Of a DNA stretch of 64,000 nt, positions 31,154 through 41,131 are shown one piece after another. The position numbers were made by a program, and so were the translations under genes. This DNA is from an uncultured Parasutterella sp. (lineage in GTDB: Bacteria > Pseudomonadota > Gammaproteobacteria > Burkholderiales > Burkholderiaceae_F): NCBI RefSeq assembly GCF_900766055.1, contig NZ_CAAFTZ010000002.1; one strand, written 5' to 3'. A model generated the notes under the pieces. The model was given only the letters and a program-made list of their open reading frames with translations. It ran no database searches and was not told the DNA's origin. Each line of letters starts with the position of its first letter. Positions within the stretch are counted from its first letter, which is position 1.

Positions 31154-33265
31154 ATGGAAGAATCTGCTCCGACTCTTAATTTGGCTGATGTCCGTCGTAT
31201 CATTGAGCCTCTTTACGAGGGTCAGAAACTTTTCACAGGCGAGTCCGTAATGGCTCATGCCGAGGGCGTCGTGGATATCCTTCGCGGCATTCGCGATGAC
31301 GATGACCTCCTGGCAGCAGCCTATCTTTTTTGTGTTTGGAACCAACTCAAAAATCCGAAAGAGTGGCTGACCAAACACTTCGGAAAACAAGTCTGCGAAC
31401 TTGTCGCAAATCTCAAAGTCGTTATTGACGTGAGCGAGAAGGCCCGCTCACGCGAGGGAGAGGCACGCATCAGTCAGCAGCCCGACGCCGTACGCCGTCT
31501 GCTGCTTGCTCTGTGTACCGATCTCCGCGTGGTATTGCTTCGCTTGGCTTCGCGTCTTCAGACGCTGCGCTATTTCGCAGCGACCAAAGCTCCGGGTGCA
31601 AAAGAATACGGTGCCGAGACTTTGGCGCTTTACGCTCCGCTTGCCAACCGTTTGGGTATTTGGCAGATGAAGTGGGAGCTTGAAGATCTGTCTCTGCGCT
31701 TTACCGAACCGGAAGTTTTTCACACGATCGCCAATAATCTTGAAGAAACCCGTGAAGAGCGTGTGGCTTCTATTCAGGAAGCAGTACGCAGAATTCAGGC
31801 ATTACTGGCCTCCCGCGGAATTCAGGCGTCTGTCTCCGGACGTCCGAAACACATCTATTCCATCTGGAAAAAGATGTGCAAGAAGAACCTGAAGTTCGAA
31901 CAGCTCTTTGACGTTCGGGCCATCCGTATCATCGTGGATTCAGTAGAAAAGTGCTACGAGACGCTTTCGCTGATTCAGGAATCTTTCGAAGTTCTTTCGA
32001 AAGAATTCGACGATTACATTGCAAAACCGAAACCCAACGGTTATCAGTCTTTGCACACCGTGATTGTCGGTTCCAGAGGAAAACCGCTCGAGATCCAGAT
32101 TCGAACCCGCGCGATGCACGAGTTCGCAGAACTCGGTGTGGCCGCACACTGGCGCTACAAAGAAGGCTCTAAACGCAAGGCCGGCGAACACGAAGAAGAT
32201 CGTGTGGCTTGGTTGCGCCAGATGCTGGCTTGGGAGAGTGACGTTCAGGCTGCTCCGACGCCGGAAGCCGCTAAAGACGAACATATCTACGTTCTGACGC
32301 CGCAGGGCAAAGTCCTTGATCTTCCTGCCGGCAGTACGCCGATCGACTTCGCCTACCTTCTGCATACCGAACTCGGCCACCGCTGCCGCGGCGCCAAGGT
32401 TGACGGTGTGATGGTTCCGCTGAATACCAAACTTCAGAGCGGCCAAACGGTTGAGATTATCGCGGCCAAAGTCGGAGCCCCGAGCCGAGACTGGTTAAAT
32501 CCGGATTTGGGCTTTACGGCTTCGCCGAGATCTCGTACGAAAGTTCGTCAGTGGTTCAATGCCCAGGAAATGGAGCAGGCGCTCACAGCAGGCCGTGAAA
32601 AAATTGACAAGGACTTGGCACGTTTGGGTAAAACGGCTGTCAAGCTTGAAGATTTGGCTAAGCGCTTGGGCTTTAGCACCGTTGATGACCTGTGTTTGGC
32701 TGCCGGAAAAGATGAACTCGGCCAAAAAGCGATTGAAAACGTTTTAGCGCCTCGTCCGCAGAAGAATCCGCAGGAAGAAGAAAAGCTGGAAACCGCGGCT
32801 CCGAAGAAAACCTCCGAGCACGAGAAAGGCAAGATTCTGGTGGTGGGCGTTGACTCACTGCTGACTCAGCTGGCTCGCTGCTGTCATCCGGTGCCGCCGG
32901 ATGAGATCGTCGGTTTCGTGACCCGCGGACGCGGCGTAACGGTGCACCGCGCCGACTGCCCGAACATTCGTTCTTTGGACGAAGAAGGCCGAGATCGTTT
33001 GATTGAAGTCTCCTGGACGCAGGACGAATCTTCCGTTTTCCCGGTCCAGATTTTGGTGATCGCAGCCGACCGTATGGGCCTGCTCAAAGATATCTCTGAA
33101 ATCCTTTCTCGGGAAAAACAGAGTATTTCTGCGATGCAGACTGTCCGCGTGAAAGGCGACGTGCACATGACATTCACGATCGAAATCCACGGTAAGGACG
33201 ATTTGAATCGTACTTTGGCCGCGATTCGCGAGGTTAAAGGCGTGTTTTCAGCAAGAAGAACGTAA
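31154..33265 (+). CDS. relA: GTP pyrophosphokinase RelA ((p)ppGpp synthetase I; degenerate HD domain)
   Basis: collinear with E. coli RelA (YAPLANRLGIWQMKWELEDL, DVRAIRIIV, TGD/ACT C-terminus GFVTRGRGVTVHRADCPNI); the HD hydrolase motif is absent; start ATG 31154 (alternative TTG 31136). Confidence 0.85.
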   Translation: MEESAPTLNLADVRRIIEPLYEGQKLFTGESVMAHAEGVVDILRGIRDDDDLLAAAYLFCVWNQLKNPKEWLTKHFGKQVCELVANLKVVIDVSEKARSREGEARISQQPDAVRRLLLALCTDLRVVLLRLASRLQTLRYFAATKAPGAKEYGAETLALYAPLANRLGIWQMKWELEDLSLRFTEPEVFHTIANNLEETREERVASIQEAVRRIQALLASRGIQASVSGRPKHIYSIWKKMCKKNLKFEQLFDVRAIRIIVDSVEKCYETLSLIQESFEVLSKEFDDYIAKPKPNGYQSLHTVIVGSRGKPLEIQIRTRAMHEFAELGVAAHWRYKEGSKRKAGEHEEDRVAWLRQMLAWESDVQAAPTPEAAKDEHIYVLTPQGKVLDLPAGSTPIDFAYLLHTELGHRCRGAKVDGVMVPLNTKLQSGQTVEIIAAKVGAPSRDWLNPDLGFTASPRSRTKVRQWFNAQEMEQALTAGREKIDKDLARLGKTAVKLEDLAKRLGFSTVDDLCLAAGKDELGQKAIENVLAPRPQKNPQEEEKLETAAPKKTSEHEKGKILVVGVDSLLTQLARCCHPVPPDEIVGFVTRGRGVTVHRADCPNIRSLDEEGRDRLIEVSWTQDESSVFPVQILVIAADRMGLLKDISEILSREKQSISAMQTVRVKGDVHMTFTIEIHGKDDLNRTLAAIREVKGVFSARRT

Positions 33266-33332
33266 GAGTTTGCAACAGCGTTGCCTTTGACTTGCACAAC
33301 TAAAAAAATGACTGTATAGTTTCGACTTCTTC

Positions 33333-33409
33333 AGGCACGTAGCTCAGCTGGTTAGAGCATCACCTTGACATGGTGGGGGTCGTTGGTTCGAGTCCAATCG
33401 TGCCTACCA
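33333..33409 (+). tRNA. tRNA-Val (anticodon GAC)
   Basis: cloverleaf with acceptor AGGCACG/CGTGCCT, anticodon loop TTGACAT, CCA encoded; candidate TTGCAC-17-TATAGT promoter upstream. Confidence 0.9.
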
Positions 33410-33463
33410 AAACTTCTTGTTCTGGTTTGAAGAAGCTGTCTCGCTTTAAGAGACGACAATTTT

Positions 33464-33540
33464 AGGCACATAGCTCAGCTGGTTAGAGCATCACCTTGAC
33501 ATGGTGGGGGTCGTTGGTTCGAGTCCAATTGTGCCTACCA
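33464..33540 (+). tRNA. tRNA-Val (anticodon GAC), second copy
   Basis: differs at one acceptor/T-arm base pair (compensatory change), 54-nt spacer. Confidence 0.9.
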
Positions 33541-33547
33541 AGATTTC

Positions 33548-33580
33548 GCCCGGTAGCGTAAGCTCCCGGGCATTTTCGTC
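33548..33580 (+). terminator. rho-independent terminator after the tRNA-Val pair
   Basis: stem GCCCGG/CCGGGC then ATTTTCGTCTTT. Confidence 0.6.
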
Positions 33581-33588
33581 TTTGCGGA

Positions 33589-34554
33589 TTATTCGGCCTT
33601 GGGGCCGGCGGGTGTGGTGGTTGGCTTGCCGTTTTGCTCGCGGATGATCGTCATCGCTGAAGCGACCATCGAGCCCATGTCGGCGAGGTTAGCTGGAAGA
33701 AGCAGCGTATTGCCTTCCTTAGCAATTTTTCCGAAAGCTTCCACATACTTTTCTGCGACCTGAAGGTTCACCGCCTGCATGCCCTGCGGTTCGCTGATAG
33801 CCTGAGCAACGGCACGAATGGCTTCCGCCTGTGCTTTGGCGACGGCTTCAATCGCGCGAGCTTCACCTTCGGCCTTGTTAATGGCAGCTTGCTTCTCGCC
33901 TTCGGACTGGGCGATCATGGCCGCTCTTTCGCCTTCTGCAATATTGATTTCTTTTTGCTTTTGGCCTTCCGAAGTGGCAATGACCGCGCGTTTTTCGCGC
34001 TCTGCCGTAATCTGCAGCTGCATCGCGCGCAGAATCTCTTTCGGTGGCGTCAGATCCTTAATTTCATAACGCAGGACTTTCACGCCCCAGGTCTGGGCGG
34101 CTTCGTCCACGGCCTGGACGACTCTGGCGTTGATCTCTTCACGTTCTTCGAACGTTTTGTCGAGCGACATCGTACCGATGACGCTTCTGAGAGATGTCTG
34201 CGCAAGCTGTGTAATGGCCATCACGAAGTCGGACGTTCCGTAGCTGGCAAGTTCCGGATTGGTGACCTGAAAGTAGAGGACACCGTCCACCTGCAGCTGA
34301 GTGTTGTCTTTGGTAATGCAGATTTGACTCGATGTGTCCATCGGAATTTCTTTGAGGGTCTGGCGATAGGCAACGCGGTCGATAATCGGAATGATGAAAT
34401 TCAGACCCGGCTGAAGCACGGTATGAAATTTTCCGAATCGCTCCACAACCCAGGCTTCCTGCTGGGGTACGACGCGAACTGATTTGGCAATGAAGATGAC
34501 AGCAAAGACCGCCAGCACGATGATAAATAAGGCGAACCCTCCGATCGCTTCCAT
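33589..34554 (-). CDS. qmcA: SPFH/band-7 (stomatin-like) membrane protein
   Basis: 321 aa, N-terminal TM plus SPFH domain, coiled-coil A/E-rich C-terminus; paired with an NfeD gene. Confidence 0.8.
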   Translation of the reverse strand: MEAIGGFALFIIVLAVFAVIFIAKSVRVVPQQEAWVVERFGKFHTVLQPGLNFIIPIIDRVAYRQTLKEIPMDTSSQICITKDNTQLQVDGVLYFQVTNPELASYGTSDFVMAITQLAQTSLRSVIGTMSLDKTFEEREEINARVVQAVDEAAQTWGVKVLRYEIKDLTPPKEILRAMQLQITAEREKRAVIATSEGQKQKEINIAEGERAAMIAQSEGEKQAAINKAEGEARAIEAVAKAQAEAIRAVAQAISEPQGMQAVNLQVAEKYVEAFGKIAKEGNTLLLPANLADMGSMVASAMTIIREQNGKPTTTPAGPKAE

Positions 34555-34555
34555 A

Positions 34556-34978
34556 TTATTTCTCCTGTTTGAGTTTGATGATTAAAGTATTTCCGCTCAT
34601 CCCGACGATCTCCCAAAGGCCGGGAACCACCGGGGAGCCTTTTTCCGGTTTTGCGTCCCAAACGGTTCCGCGGTAGAAAACTCGAGCTTTGCCGTTTTCT
34701 TTCCATTCCTTGACTTCGACGGAGTGTCCGTCGTTGATGTGCTGCAAATGGTCGGCATCCGTGCTTACGGAGTTTTTCCTTTTCCGATAGGACAGATAAA
34801 CACAGCCGGCAATGGCAAAGAGGGCAAACGCGAGCAGCTGAAACAGTATTCCTGCTCCGATCACGGCAAAGATAAAGGCGGCCAATGCGGCTGCACCAAT
34901 AATGAGCAGGTAGATCGTGCCGAGAAGAATGTCGGCGCCGGCTAATACGACGGCTCCGATCAGCCACAAATAAATCAT
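34556..34978 (-). CDS. ybbJ: NfeD-family membrane protein (YbbJ-like)
   Basis: N-terminal TM helices plus C-terminal OB-fold-like domain; 1-bp gap to qmcA; start probably the internal Met (the ORF track starts at 35023). Confidence 0.65.
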   Translation of the reverse strand: MIYLWLIGAVVLAGADILLGTIYLLIIGAAALAAFIFAVIGAGILFQLLAFALFAIAGCVYLSYRKRKNSVSTDADHLQHINDGHSVEVKEWKENGKARVFYRGTVWDAKPEKGSPVVPGLWEIVGMSGNTLIIKLKQEK

Positions 34979-35000
34979 AGAAAACACTTCATGCGCTCCT

Positions 35001-36254
35001 TTAGGCTTTGTCCAGAGGTGCAATAACGCCGTCTAATCCCGCAAGAACGGACAGCATCAGAATGGACTTCTGTTCGCAGGCATAGACGCCTTTCGGGTTG
35101 AACCATTCTTTAAGCGTATGGGTTCCGTATTCTTCGCCGCCGCGTCCGAGTGTCACGGCAGGGATGCCGCGCTCAATGGACATGTTGGTATTGGTGCAGC
35201 CGCCGGGCAGGAATTTGTAATTTCTGCCGACCGCCTGAGTGGCTAGTTTGGCAAGCTGAATGATCGGAGCGTCATCCGGCTGAGTTCCGGCCGGGACGTC
35301 CAGTGTCTTTTCGATCGAAAGACAGAGTTCTCCTTCGCTGCCTTCTTTCTTTTGTTCGATTTCAACGCCGCGGCGGGTGGCTTGATAGATTTGTTCTTCT
35401 ACTTCATTCAGTGCAGCCTGAGAATTTGAACGAGCATTGATCTTGAAGACTGCTTTCTGAGCGATGGCGTGAATTGCCTGACCGCCTTCGATCAAACTGA
35501 CGGTCAATGTTGTCTTAGGATCTTTCGGCGGAACGATCTTGGCGATTTCCGCGATGGCCAAGCCTGCGGCATGGATGGCGCTGACGCGCTCGCACGCTGT
35601 CCACGCGTGACCGCCTGGGCCTTCAATCGTGATCTCAAGGTCGATCATGCCGGTGGCGTTGGCGTAAAAAATTTCTGCCGTCGCGCCGTCAATAGAAATT
35701 GTGGTCAGCAGTTTGGTTTTGTCTTTGAGCTGGTCAAGCGTCCAGGCCATGCCTTTCATGCCTCCGAGACCTTCTTCGCAGACCGTACCGCAGAAGTAGA
35801 TATCGTGAACGGGTCGAAGATTTGCCGCTTTAAAAGCTCTCAGAACAGCGAGGTTGGCGGCGATGGCACGGGTGTCGTCGCAAATGCCGGGGCAGTGGAT
35901 ACGTCCTTCGGCATCTGTCTCAATCCCTTTGACGTCGCCGAATGAAAAGACGGTGTCCAAATGGCCTTCAAGTAAAACACTGCAGCCGGTATTGCCGGTC
36001 CCATGCAGTTTGCCGATGACGTTGAAGTGCTCGTCCATGTAGATGTCATCTAACCCGGCTTCGCGCAGCATACTGAGGTAACGCTCTGCTTTGGCCTTTT
36101 CGTGTCCGGTCGGCGCCTCAATCAGTACGAGTTCTTTTTGATCGCGAATCGTTTCGTCGAGATGATCCTTAACGTATTCGAGCGCCGTCTGTACGGATGG
36201 GTTGGTTTTAACGTGTTCTACAGCTTCCACAAGCTTGGGATTGAAGTGTTCCAT
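35001..36254 (-). CDS. M20-family metallopeptidase (ArgE/DapE/PepT-like)
   Basis: HLDTV and DDTRAIA metal-binding regions, EEGLGG; start probably MEHFNPK (the ORF track starts at 36311). Confidence 0.7.
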   Translation of the reverse strand: MEHFNPKLVEAVEHVKTNPSVQTALEYVKDHLDETIRDQKELVLIEAPTGHEKAKAERYLSMLREAGLDDIYMDEHFNVIGKLHGTGNTGCSVLLEGHLDTVFSFGDVKGIETDAEGRIHCPGICDDTRAIAANLAVLRAFKAANLRPVHDIYFCGTVCEEGLGGMKGMAWTLDQLKDKTKLLTTISIDGATAEIFYANATGMIDLEITIEGPGGHAWTACERVSAIHAAGLAIAEIAKIVPPKDPKTTLTVSLIEGGQAIHAIAQKAVFKINARSNSQAALNEVEEQIYQATRRGVEIEQKKEGSEGELCLSIEKTLDVPAGTQPDDAPIIQLAKLATQAVGRNYKFLPGGCTNTNMSIERGIPAVTLGRGGEEYGTHTLKEWFNPKGVYACEQKSILMLSVLAGLDGVIAPLDKA

Positions 36255-36338
36255 TTTCGGACCTTTTTGTAGTAATTGAAGATTTGGAATAGGTATCCTT
36301 GCAACATTCATATTAAGAAAATCGCATAAGGAGCGAAA

Positions 36339-36629
36339 GTGCTAATTTCATTTTTGACGCTGATTCTGTCGTTTTGCATCGGAATTCTGTCCGGTCTCTT
36401 TTTCCGGAAGAGGGTCCCTAATTTTCTCGGGGTGGTGTTGGCCGGTGTCATAGGAGCCTTCATCGGAATTTTGGCGACCTATCTCATCCTCAAAGGTCTT
36501 CTTTGGACCGAAGTTATCCGCTCAGTGAGTACCGACTGGTTTATTCGCCAATGTATTTGGCTTGCGGTTCTCGCGATTTTCGGCGTCATCCTCAGCGGGA
36601 AAGCGTTTAAGAATAAACCTGAGAAATAA
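36339..36629 (+). CDS. GlsB/YeaQ/YmgE-family small membrane protein
   Basis: 96 aa, three TM segments, GxxxG-rich motifs (GVVLAGVIGAFIG). Confidence 0.5.
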   Translation: MLISFLTLILSFCIGILSGLFFRKRVPNFLGVVLAGVIGAFIGILATYLILKGLLWTEVIRSVSTDWFIRQCIWLAVLAIFGVILSGKAFKNKPEK

Positions 36630-36794
36630 GTTCAAACGCTAATGAACAGAAGGCTGAAAAGCTGAAAAAGTAAGGCGTGACTAAGCATTAGGCTCCGGAT
36701 AGACGGTAAAATCTATTTTTTACGTTCGGCCGGGCCTTTTTGCGTCCGCGGTTGAACTAATCGAATAATTTGAAGAATTTTTGGAGAAAGATTA

Positions 36795-38720
36795 ATGATC
36801 GAAGTAACTCTGCCCGACGGCTCCAAACGTGAATTCAATTCACCGGTTACCGTAGGTGACGTTGCAGCCTCTATCGGCGCCGGCCTTGCTCGCGCTGCTT
36901 TGGCAGGTAAAGTTAACGGCAAACTCGTGGACCTGTCTCACCCGATTACCGAAAACAGTACGGTTTCGATTGTGACTGACAAAGACCCTGAGGGCCTTGA
37001 GATCATTCGTCATTCGACCTCTCACTTGATGGCTCAGGCAGTCAAAGAGCTGTACCCGCAGGCCCAGATCACGATCGGACCGGTGATTGAAAACGGTTTC
37101 TACTACGACTTCTCTCTGCCGAAACATCTGACCAACGAAGATCTGCCGCTCATCGAAAAGAAGATGGACGAGATCGTCAAACGCGATCTTCCGATCGTTC
37201 GTGAAGAGATGGACCGTGATGAGGCCGTCAAATACTTCAACTCCATCGGCGAGCATTACAAAGCCGAAATCATCGGCTCTATCCCTGCCGGTGAAACCAT
37301 TTCTCTGTACCGTCAGGGTGACTATGTCGACCTTTGCCGCGGACCTCACGTCCCGAGCACCGGTCGCCTGAAAGTCCATAAGCTGATGAAACTCGCCGGC
37401 GCTTACTGGAGAGGTGACAGCAAGAACGAAATGCTGCAGCGAATCTACGGTACCGCCTGGGCTAAGAAAGACGACATGGCTGCTTATCTCCACATGCTGG
37501 AAGAAGCAGAAAAACGCGACCATCGCCGCCTCGGCAAAGAACTCGATCTCTTCCATTTCCAGGAAGAAGCTCCCGGCCTGATTTTCTGGCATGCACGCGG
37601 CTGGGCACTCTGGCAGCAGGTCGAACAATACATGCGCCGTGTTTATCAGGATAACGGTTACCAGGAGGTTAAGGCACCTCAGCTGTTAGACCGTTCTCTG
37701 TGGGAAAAATCCGGCCACTGGTCTAAGTACAAAGAGAATATGTTCACGACAGAGTCGGAAAACCGCTACTACGCTCTGAAACCGATGAACTGCCCGGGCC
37801 ACATTCAGATCTTCAACAGCGCCGTTCGTTCTTACCGCGATCTGCCGATCCGCTACGGTGAGTTCGGCGCCTGCCACAGAAATGAACCGTCCGGCTCTCT
37901 GCACGGTTTGATGCGCGTCCGCGGCTTCACTCAGGACGACGGACATATCTTCTGTACCGAAGATCAGATTCTTTCCGAATGCACCGCTTACACCAAGCTC
38001 GTTCAGAAGGTCTATGCCGACTACGGCTTTACGGATATCTCTTACAAGATTGCAACACGTCCTGAAAAACGTATTGGCGATGATGCAACTTGGGACAAAG
38101 CAGAAAAAGCTCTGATGGATGCATTGGATGCTTCCGGCATCAAATATGACATCCTTCCGGGTGAAGGTGCATTCTACGGCCCGAAGATCGAATACCATCT
38201 GCGTGACTCCTTAGGCCGCGGCTGGCAGTGCGGTACGATCCAGGTTGACTTCCAGATGCCGTCTCGTCTCGGTGCCGAATATGTGACCGAAAGCAACGAC
38301 AGAGCCACTCCGGTCATGCTTCACCGCGCGATTGTCGGCAGCTTGGAACGCTTCATCGGCATGCTGCTCGAACACTATGCCGGTCAGCTTCCTCCGTGGC
38401 TCGCTCCGGTACAGGTCGCCGTTGCCAACATTACCGACGATCAGGCCGATTACGCTCAGGAAGTGGTTTCTATGCTCAAAAAGGCGGGTCTTCGCGCCGA
38501 AGCAGATTTGCGAAACGGCAAAATTACATATAAGATTCGCGAACTTAGCCTGCAGAAACTTCCTTACATCCTCGTTGTCGGAGCTAAGGAAAAGGCAGAA
38601 GGTAAAGTCGCGGTTCGAGTTCGCGGCGGCAAGGATCTTGGCGCCATGAGCGTGGAAGACTTTATTAAGCTCGTTCAGGAAGATGTGGCCACACGCCGCA
38701 ACGTGAACGAAATTGAATAA
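36795..38720 (+). CDS. thrS: threonine--tRNA ligase
   Basis: 641 aa, TGS, editing and class II core domains ([15 protein letters not shown]-terminus). Confidence 0.9.
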   Translation: MIEVTLPDGSKREFNSPVTVGDVAASIGAGLARAALAGKVNGKLVDLSHPITENSTVSIVTDKDPEGLEIIRHSTSHLMAQAVKELYPQAQITIGPVIENGFYYDFSLPKHLTNEDLPLIEKKMDEIVKRDLPIVREEMDRDEAVKYFNSIGEHYKAEIIGSIPAGETISLYRQGDYVDLCRGPHVPSTGRLKVHKLMKLAGAYWRGDSKNEMLQRIYGTAWAKKDDMAAYLHMLEEAEKRDHRRLGKELDLFHFQEEAPGLIFWHARGWALWQQVEQYMRRVYQDNGYQEVKAPQLLDRSLWEKSGHWSKYKENMFTTESENRYYALKPMNCPGHIQIFNSAVRSYRDLPIRYGEFGACHRNEPSGSLHGLMRVRGFTQDDGHIFCTEDQILSECTAYTKLVQKVYADYGFTDISYKIATRPEKRIGDDATWDKAEKALMDALDASGIKYDILPGEGAFYGPKIEYHLRDSLGRGWQCGTIQVDFQMPSRLGAEYVTESNDRATPVMLHRAIVGSLERFIGMLLEHYAGQLPPWLAPVQVAVANITDDQADYAQEVVSMLKKAGLRAEADLRNGKITYKIRELSLQKLPYILVVGAKEKAEGKVAVRVRGGKDLGAMSVEDFIKLVQEDVATRRNVNEIE

Positions 38721-38736
38721 CTAATTGGAGACGAAA

Positions 38737-39258
38737 ATAGCTCAAGAACGTACACACCGGATCAATGGCGAGATCCGCGTCCCTGAAGTTCGCTTGACAG
38801 GTCTTGACGGCGAGATGATCGGTATCGTCAGGACCTCTCAGGCTTTAGCCATGGCCGAAGAGGCAGATGTTGACTTAGTGGAGGTCGCGCCGAACGCTCG
38901 CCCTCCGGTCTGCCGTCTGATGGATTACGGTAAATTCCGCTATCAGGAGCAGAAGAAGGCACAGGAACAGAAGGCCAAACAGAAGGTCATTCAGGTCAAG
39001 GAAGTGAAGTTCCGTCCGCAGACGGATAAAAACGACTACGACACGAAACTTCGTGCTTTGACCCGTTTCTTAGCCGACGGCAATAAAGCAAAGGTCACAC
39101 TGCGCTACAGAGGCCGTGAAATGGCTCACCAGGAATTTGGTACAGATCTCCTGAATAAAGTGAAGGAAGATTTGGCTGATATCGCTCAGGTCGAATCCTT
39201 TCCTAAACTTGAAGGCCGCCAGATGATTATGGTTCTGGCTCCTAAGAAAAAGAAATAA
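38737..39258 (+). CDS. infC: translation initiation factor IF-3 (non-AUG start: AUA at 38737 behind SD GGAGA; alternative TTG 38725)
   Basis: [19 protein letters not shown]... collinear with E. coli IF3; no in-frame AUG. Confidence 0.85.
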   Translation: MAQERTHRINGEIRVPEVRLTGLDGEMIGIVRTSQALAMAEEADVDLVEVAPNARPPVCRLMDYGKFRYQEQKKAQEQKAKQKVIQVKEVKFRPQTDKNDYDTKLRALTRFLADGNKAKVTLRYRGREMAHQEFGTDLLNKVKEDLADIAQVESFPKLEGRQMIMVLAPKKKK

Positions 39259-39397
39259 TATTCTTACAAATTAATGATTTGTTTTGGAGTATTATTACGA
39301 CCCTGCTTTCGGGCAGAAGATAAGTGAAATCAGGCTGAACAAGATCCTCACTGTCTGAGGGCGCCTGCAATCATCTAATAAAAGGAACTTAGGCAAA

Positions 39398-39595
39398 ATG
39401 CCCAAGATGAAAACTAAAAAAGCTGCGAGCAAGCGTTTTAAAGTTCGCTCCGGCGGCTCCATCAAGCGTGCACACGCTACCAAGCGTCATATTCTCACCA
39501 AGCGCACGACGAAGAACAAACGTCACCTGCGCGGCATGTTAACCATCAGCGAGTCGGATAAAAAAGAAATCCGCGCGATGATGCCTTACGCTTAA
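39398..39595 (+). CDS. rpmI: 50S ribosomal protein L35
   Basis: [20 protein letters not shown]... Confidence 0.9.
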   Translation: MPKMKTKKAASKRFKVRSGGSIKRAHATKRHILTKRTTKNKRHLRGMLTISESDKKEIRAMMPYA

Positions 39596-39613
39596 TTTAG
39601 AGGAGAGAATAAG

Positions 39614-39970
39614 ATGCCCCGAGTAAAACGTGGTGTAACGGCTCGTGCCCGTCATAAGAAAGTATTTGCGCTGTCCAAGGGCTTTACCCTTCGCCGCAAT
39701 AATGTTTATCGTGTCGCTAAGCAGGCAGTTATGCGTGCCGGTCAGTACGCATACCGCGATCGCCGCAACAAGAAACGTGTATTCCGCCGTCTGTGGATTG
39801 CTCGTATCAACGCCGGTGCTCGTGCCAACGGCATGAACTACAGCCAGTTCATGAACGGCCTCAAGAAAGCCGGTATTGAACTCGACCGTAAAGTTCTGTC
39901 CAACATGGCCATCTTCGATAAAGAAGGTTTCGCCGCTGTTGTTGCCAAAGCTAAAGCTAGCCTTGCTTAA
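39614..39970 (+). CDS. rplT: 50S ribosomal protein L20
   Basis: [17 protein letters not shown]... Confidence 0.9.
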   Translation: MPRVKRGVTARARHKKVFALSKGFTLRRNNVYRVAKQAVMRAGQYAYRDRRNKKRVFRRLWIARINAGARANGMNYSQFMNGLKKAGIELDRKVLSNMAIFDKEGFAAVVAKAKASLA

Positions 39971-40032
39971 TTAGCTTCAGACACGCAGGTTTCAAGCCGA
40001 TTCCAGTGCTTTGAAACTGCTAAAATACCTAC

Positions 40033-40068
40033 AAAAGCCTGGTTTGATATGCCAGGCTTTTGTTTTTT
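40033..40068 (+). terminator. rho-independent terminator after rplT (preceded by a second hairpin 39989-40017)
   Basis: 10-bp stem AAAAGCCTGG/CCAGGCTTTT then GTTTTTT; pheS begins 30 nt later. Confidence 0.7.
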
Positions 40069-40097
40069 CAGGTTACTAAAAATCCAACTGACCCAAT

Positions 40098-41114
40098 ATG
40101 GAAGATCTCAGTCTAATCATTCAATCTGCCAAAGAGGCTTTTGATCAGGCCGCAACGGCGGCAGCCCTGGAAGACGCGAAAGCTGTCTATCTCGGCAAAA
40201 ACGGTTCTTTGACAGCATTGCTGAAGGGGATGGCAAAACTGTCCATCGAAGAAAAACGCGCTCGCGGAGCCGAAATCAATAAAGCCAAACGTGAAGTCGA
40301 AACGTTGCTCAATAATCGACGCGAAGCTTTGGCCCGCGAAGAACTTAACCGTAAATTGACCTCTGAATCGGTCGATATCACATTGCCGGGCCGCACATTC
40401 GGCAACGGCGGTATTTATCCGGTCATGAGAACCTGGATGCGCGTTGAAGAAATCTTTAAAACCATCGGCTTTGATGTTGCCGACGGCCCTGAAGTTGAAA
40501 ACGACTGGTACACCTTTACAGCCCTGAATAATCCGCCTAATCATCCGGCCCGCAGTATGCAGGATACGTTCTACGTTGACATGAAGGATGAAACTGACAA
40601 GCAGCTTCCGTTGAGACCGCACACCTCTCCGATGCAGGTTCGCTATGCCCGTCAGCATAAGCCGCCTATTAAAGTTATCGCTCCCGGAAGAACCTATCGT
40701 GTGGACTCTGACGCAACGCACTCTCCGATGTTCCATCAGGTCGAAGGTCTTTGGATCGACGAAAACATCAGTTTTGCCGACTTGAAGGGCGTATACGTTG
40801 ACTTCCTGAAGCGTTTCTTTGAAACGGACGACTTAATCGTTCGTTTCCGTCCGAGCTACTTCCCGTTCACTGAACCGAGCGCTGAAGTGGACATGATGTT
40901 CACCAGCGGCCCGAGAAAGGGGAAATGGCTGGAAATCAGCGGTTCTGGTGAGGTTCATCCGAATGTTGTCCGAAACTTCGGATTAGACCCAGAACGCTAC
41001 ATCGGTTTTGCCTTCGGCTCGGGCCTCGAAAGACTGACCATGCTCCGCTACGGAATCGACGACCTTCGCCTTTTCTTCGAAGGCGATCTCCGCTTCCTCA
41101 AACAGTTCAACTAA
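40098..41114 (+). CDS. pheS: phenylalanine--tRNA ligase alpha subunit
   Basis: 338 aa, class II motifs ([18 protein letters not shown]). Confidence 0.9.
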   Translation: MEDLSLIIQSAKEAFDQAATAAALEDAKAVYLGKNGSLTALLKGMAKLSIEEKRARGAEINKAKREVETLLNNRREALAREELNRKLTSESVDITLPGRTFGNGGIYPVMRTWMRVEEIFKTIGFDVADGPEVENDWYTFTALNNPPNHPARSMQDTFYVDMKDETDKQLPLRPHTSPMQVRYARQHKPPIKVIAPGRTYRVDSDATHSPMFHQVEGLWIDENISFADLKGVYVDFLKRFFETDDLIVRFRPSYFPFTEPSAEVDMMFTSGPRKGKWLEISGSGEVHPNVVRNFGLDPERYIGFAFGSGLERLTMLRYGIDDLRLFFEGDLRFLKQFN

Positions 41115-41131
41115 TCGGCGAAAGGATAAAA

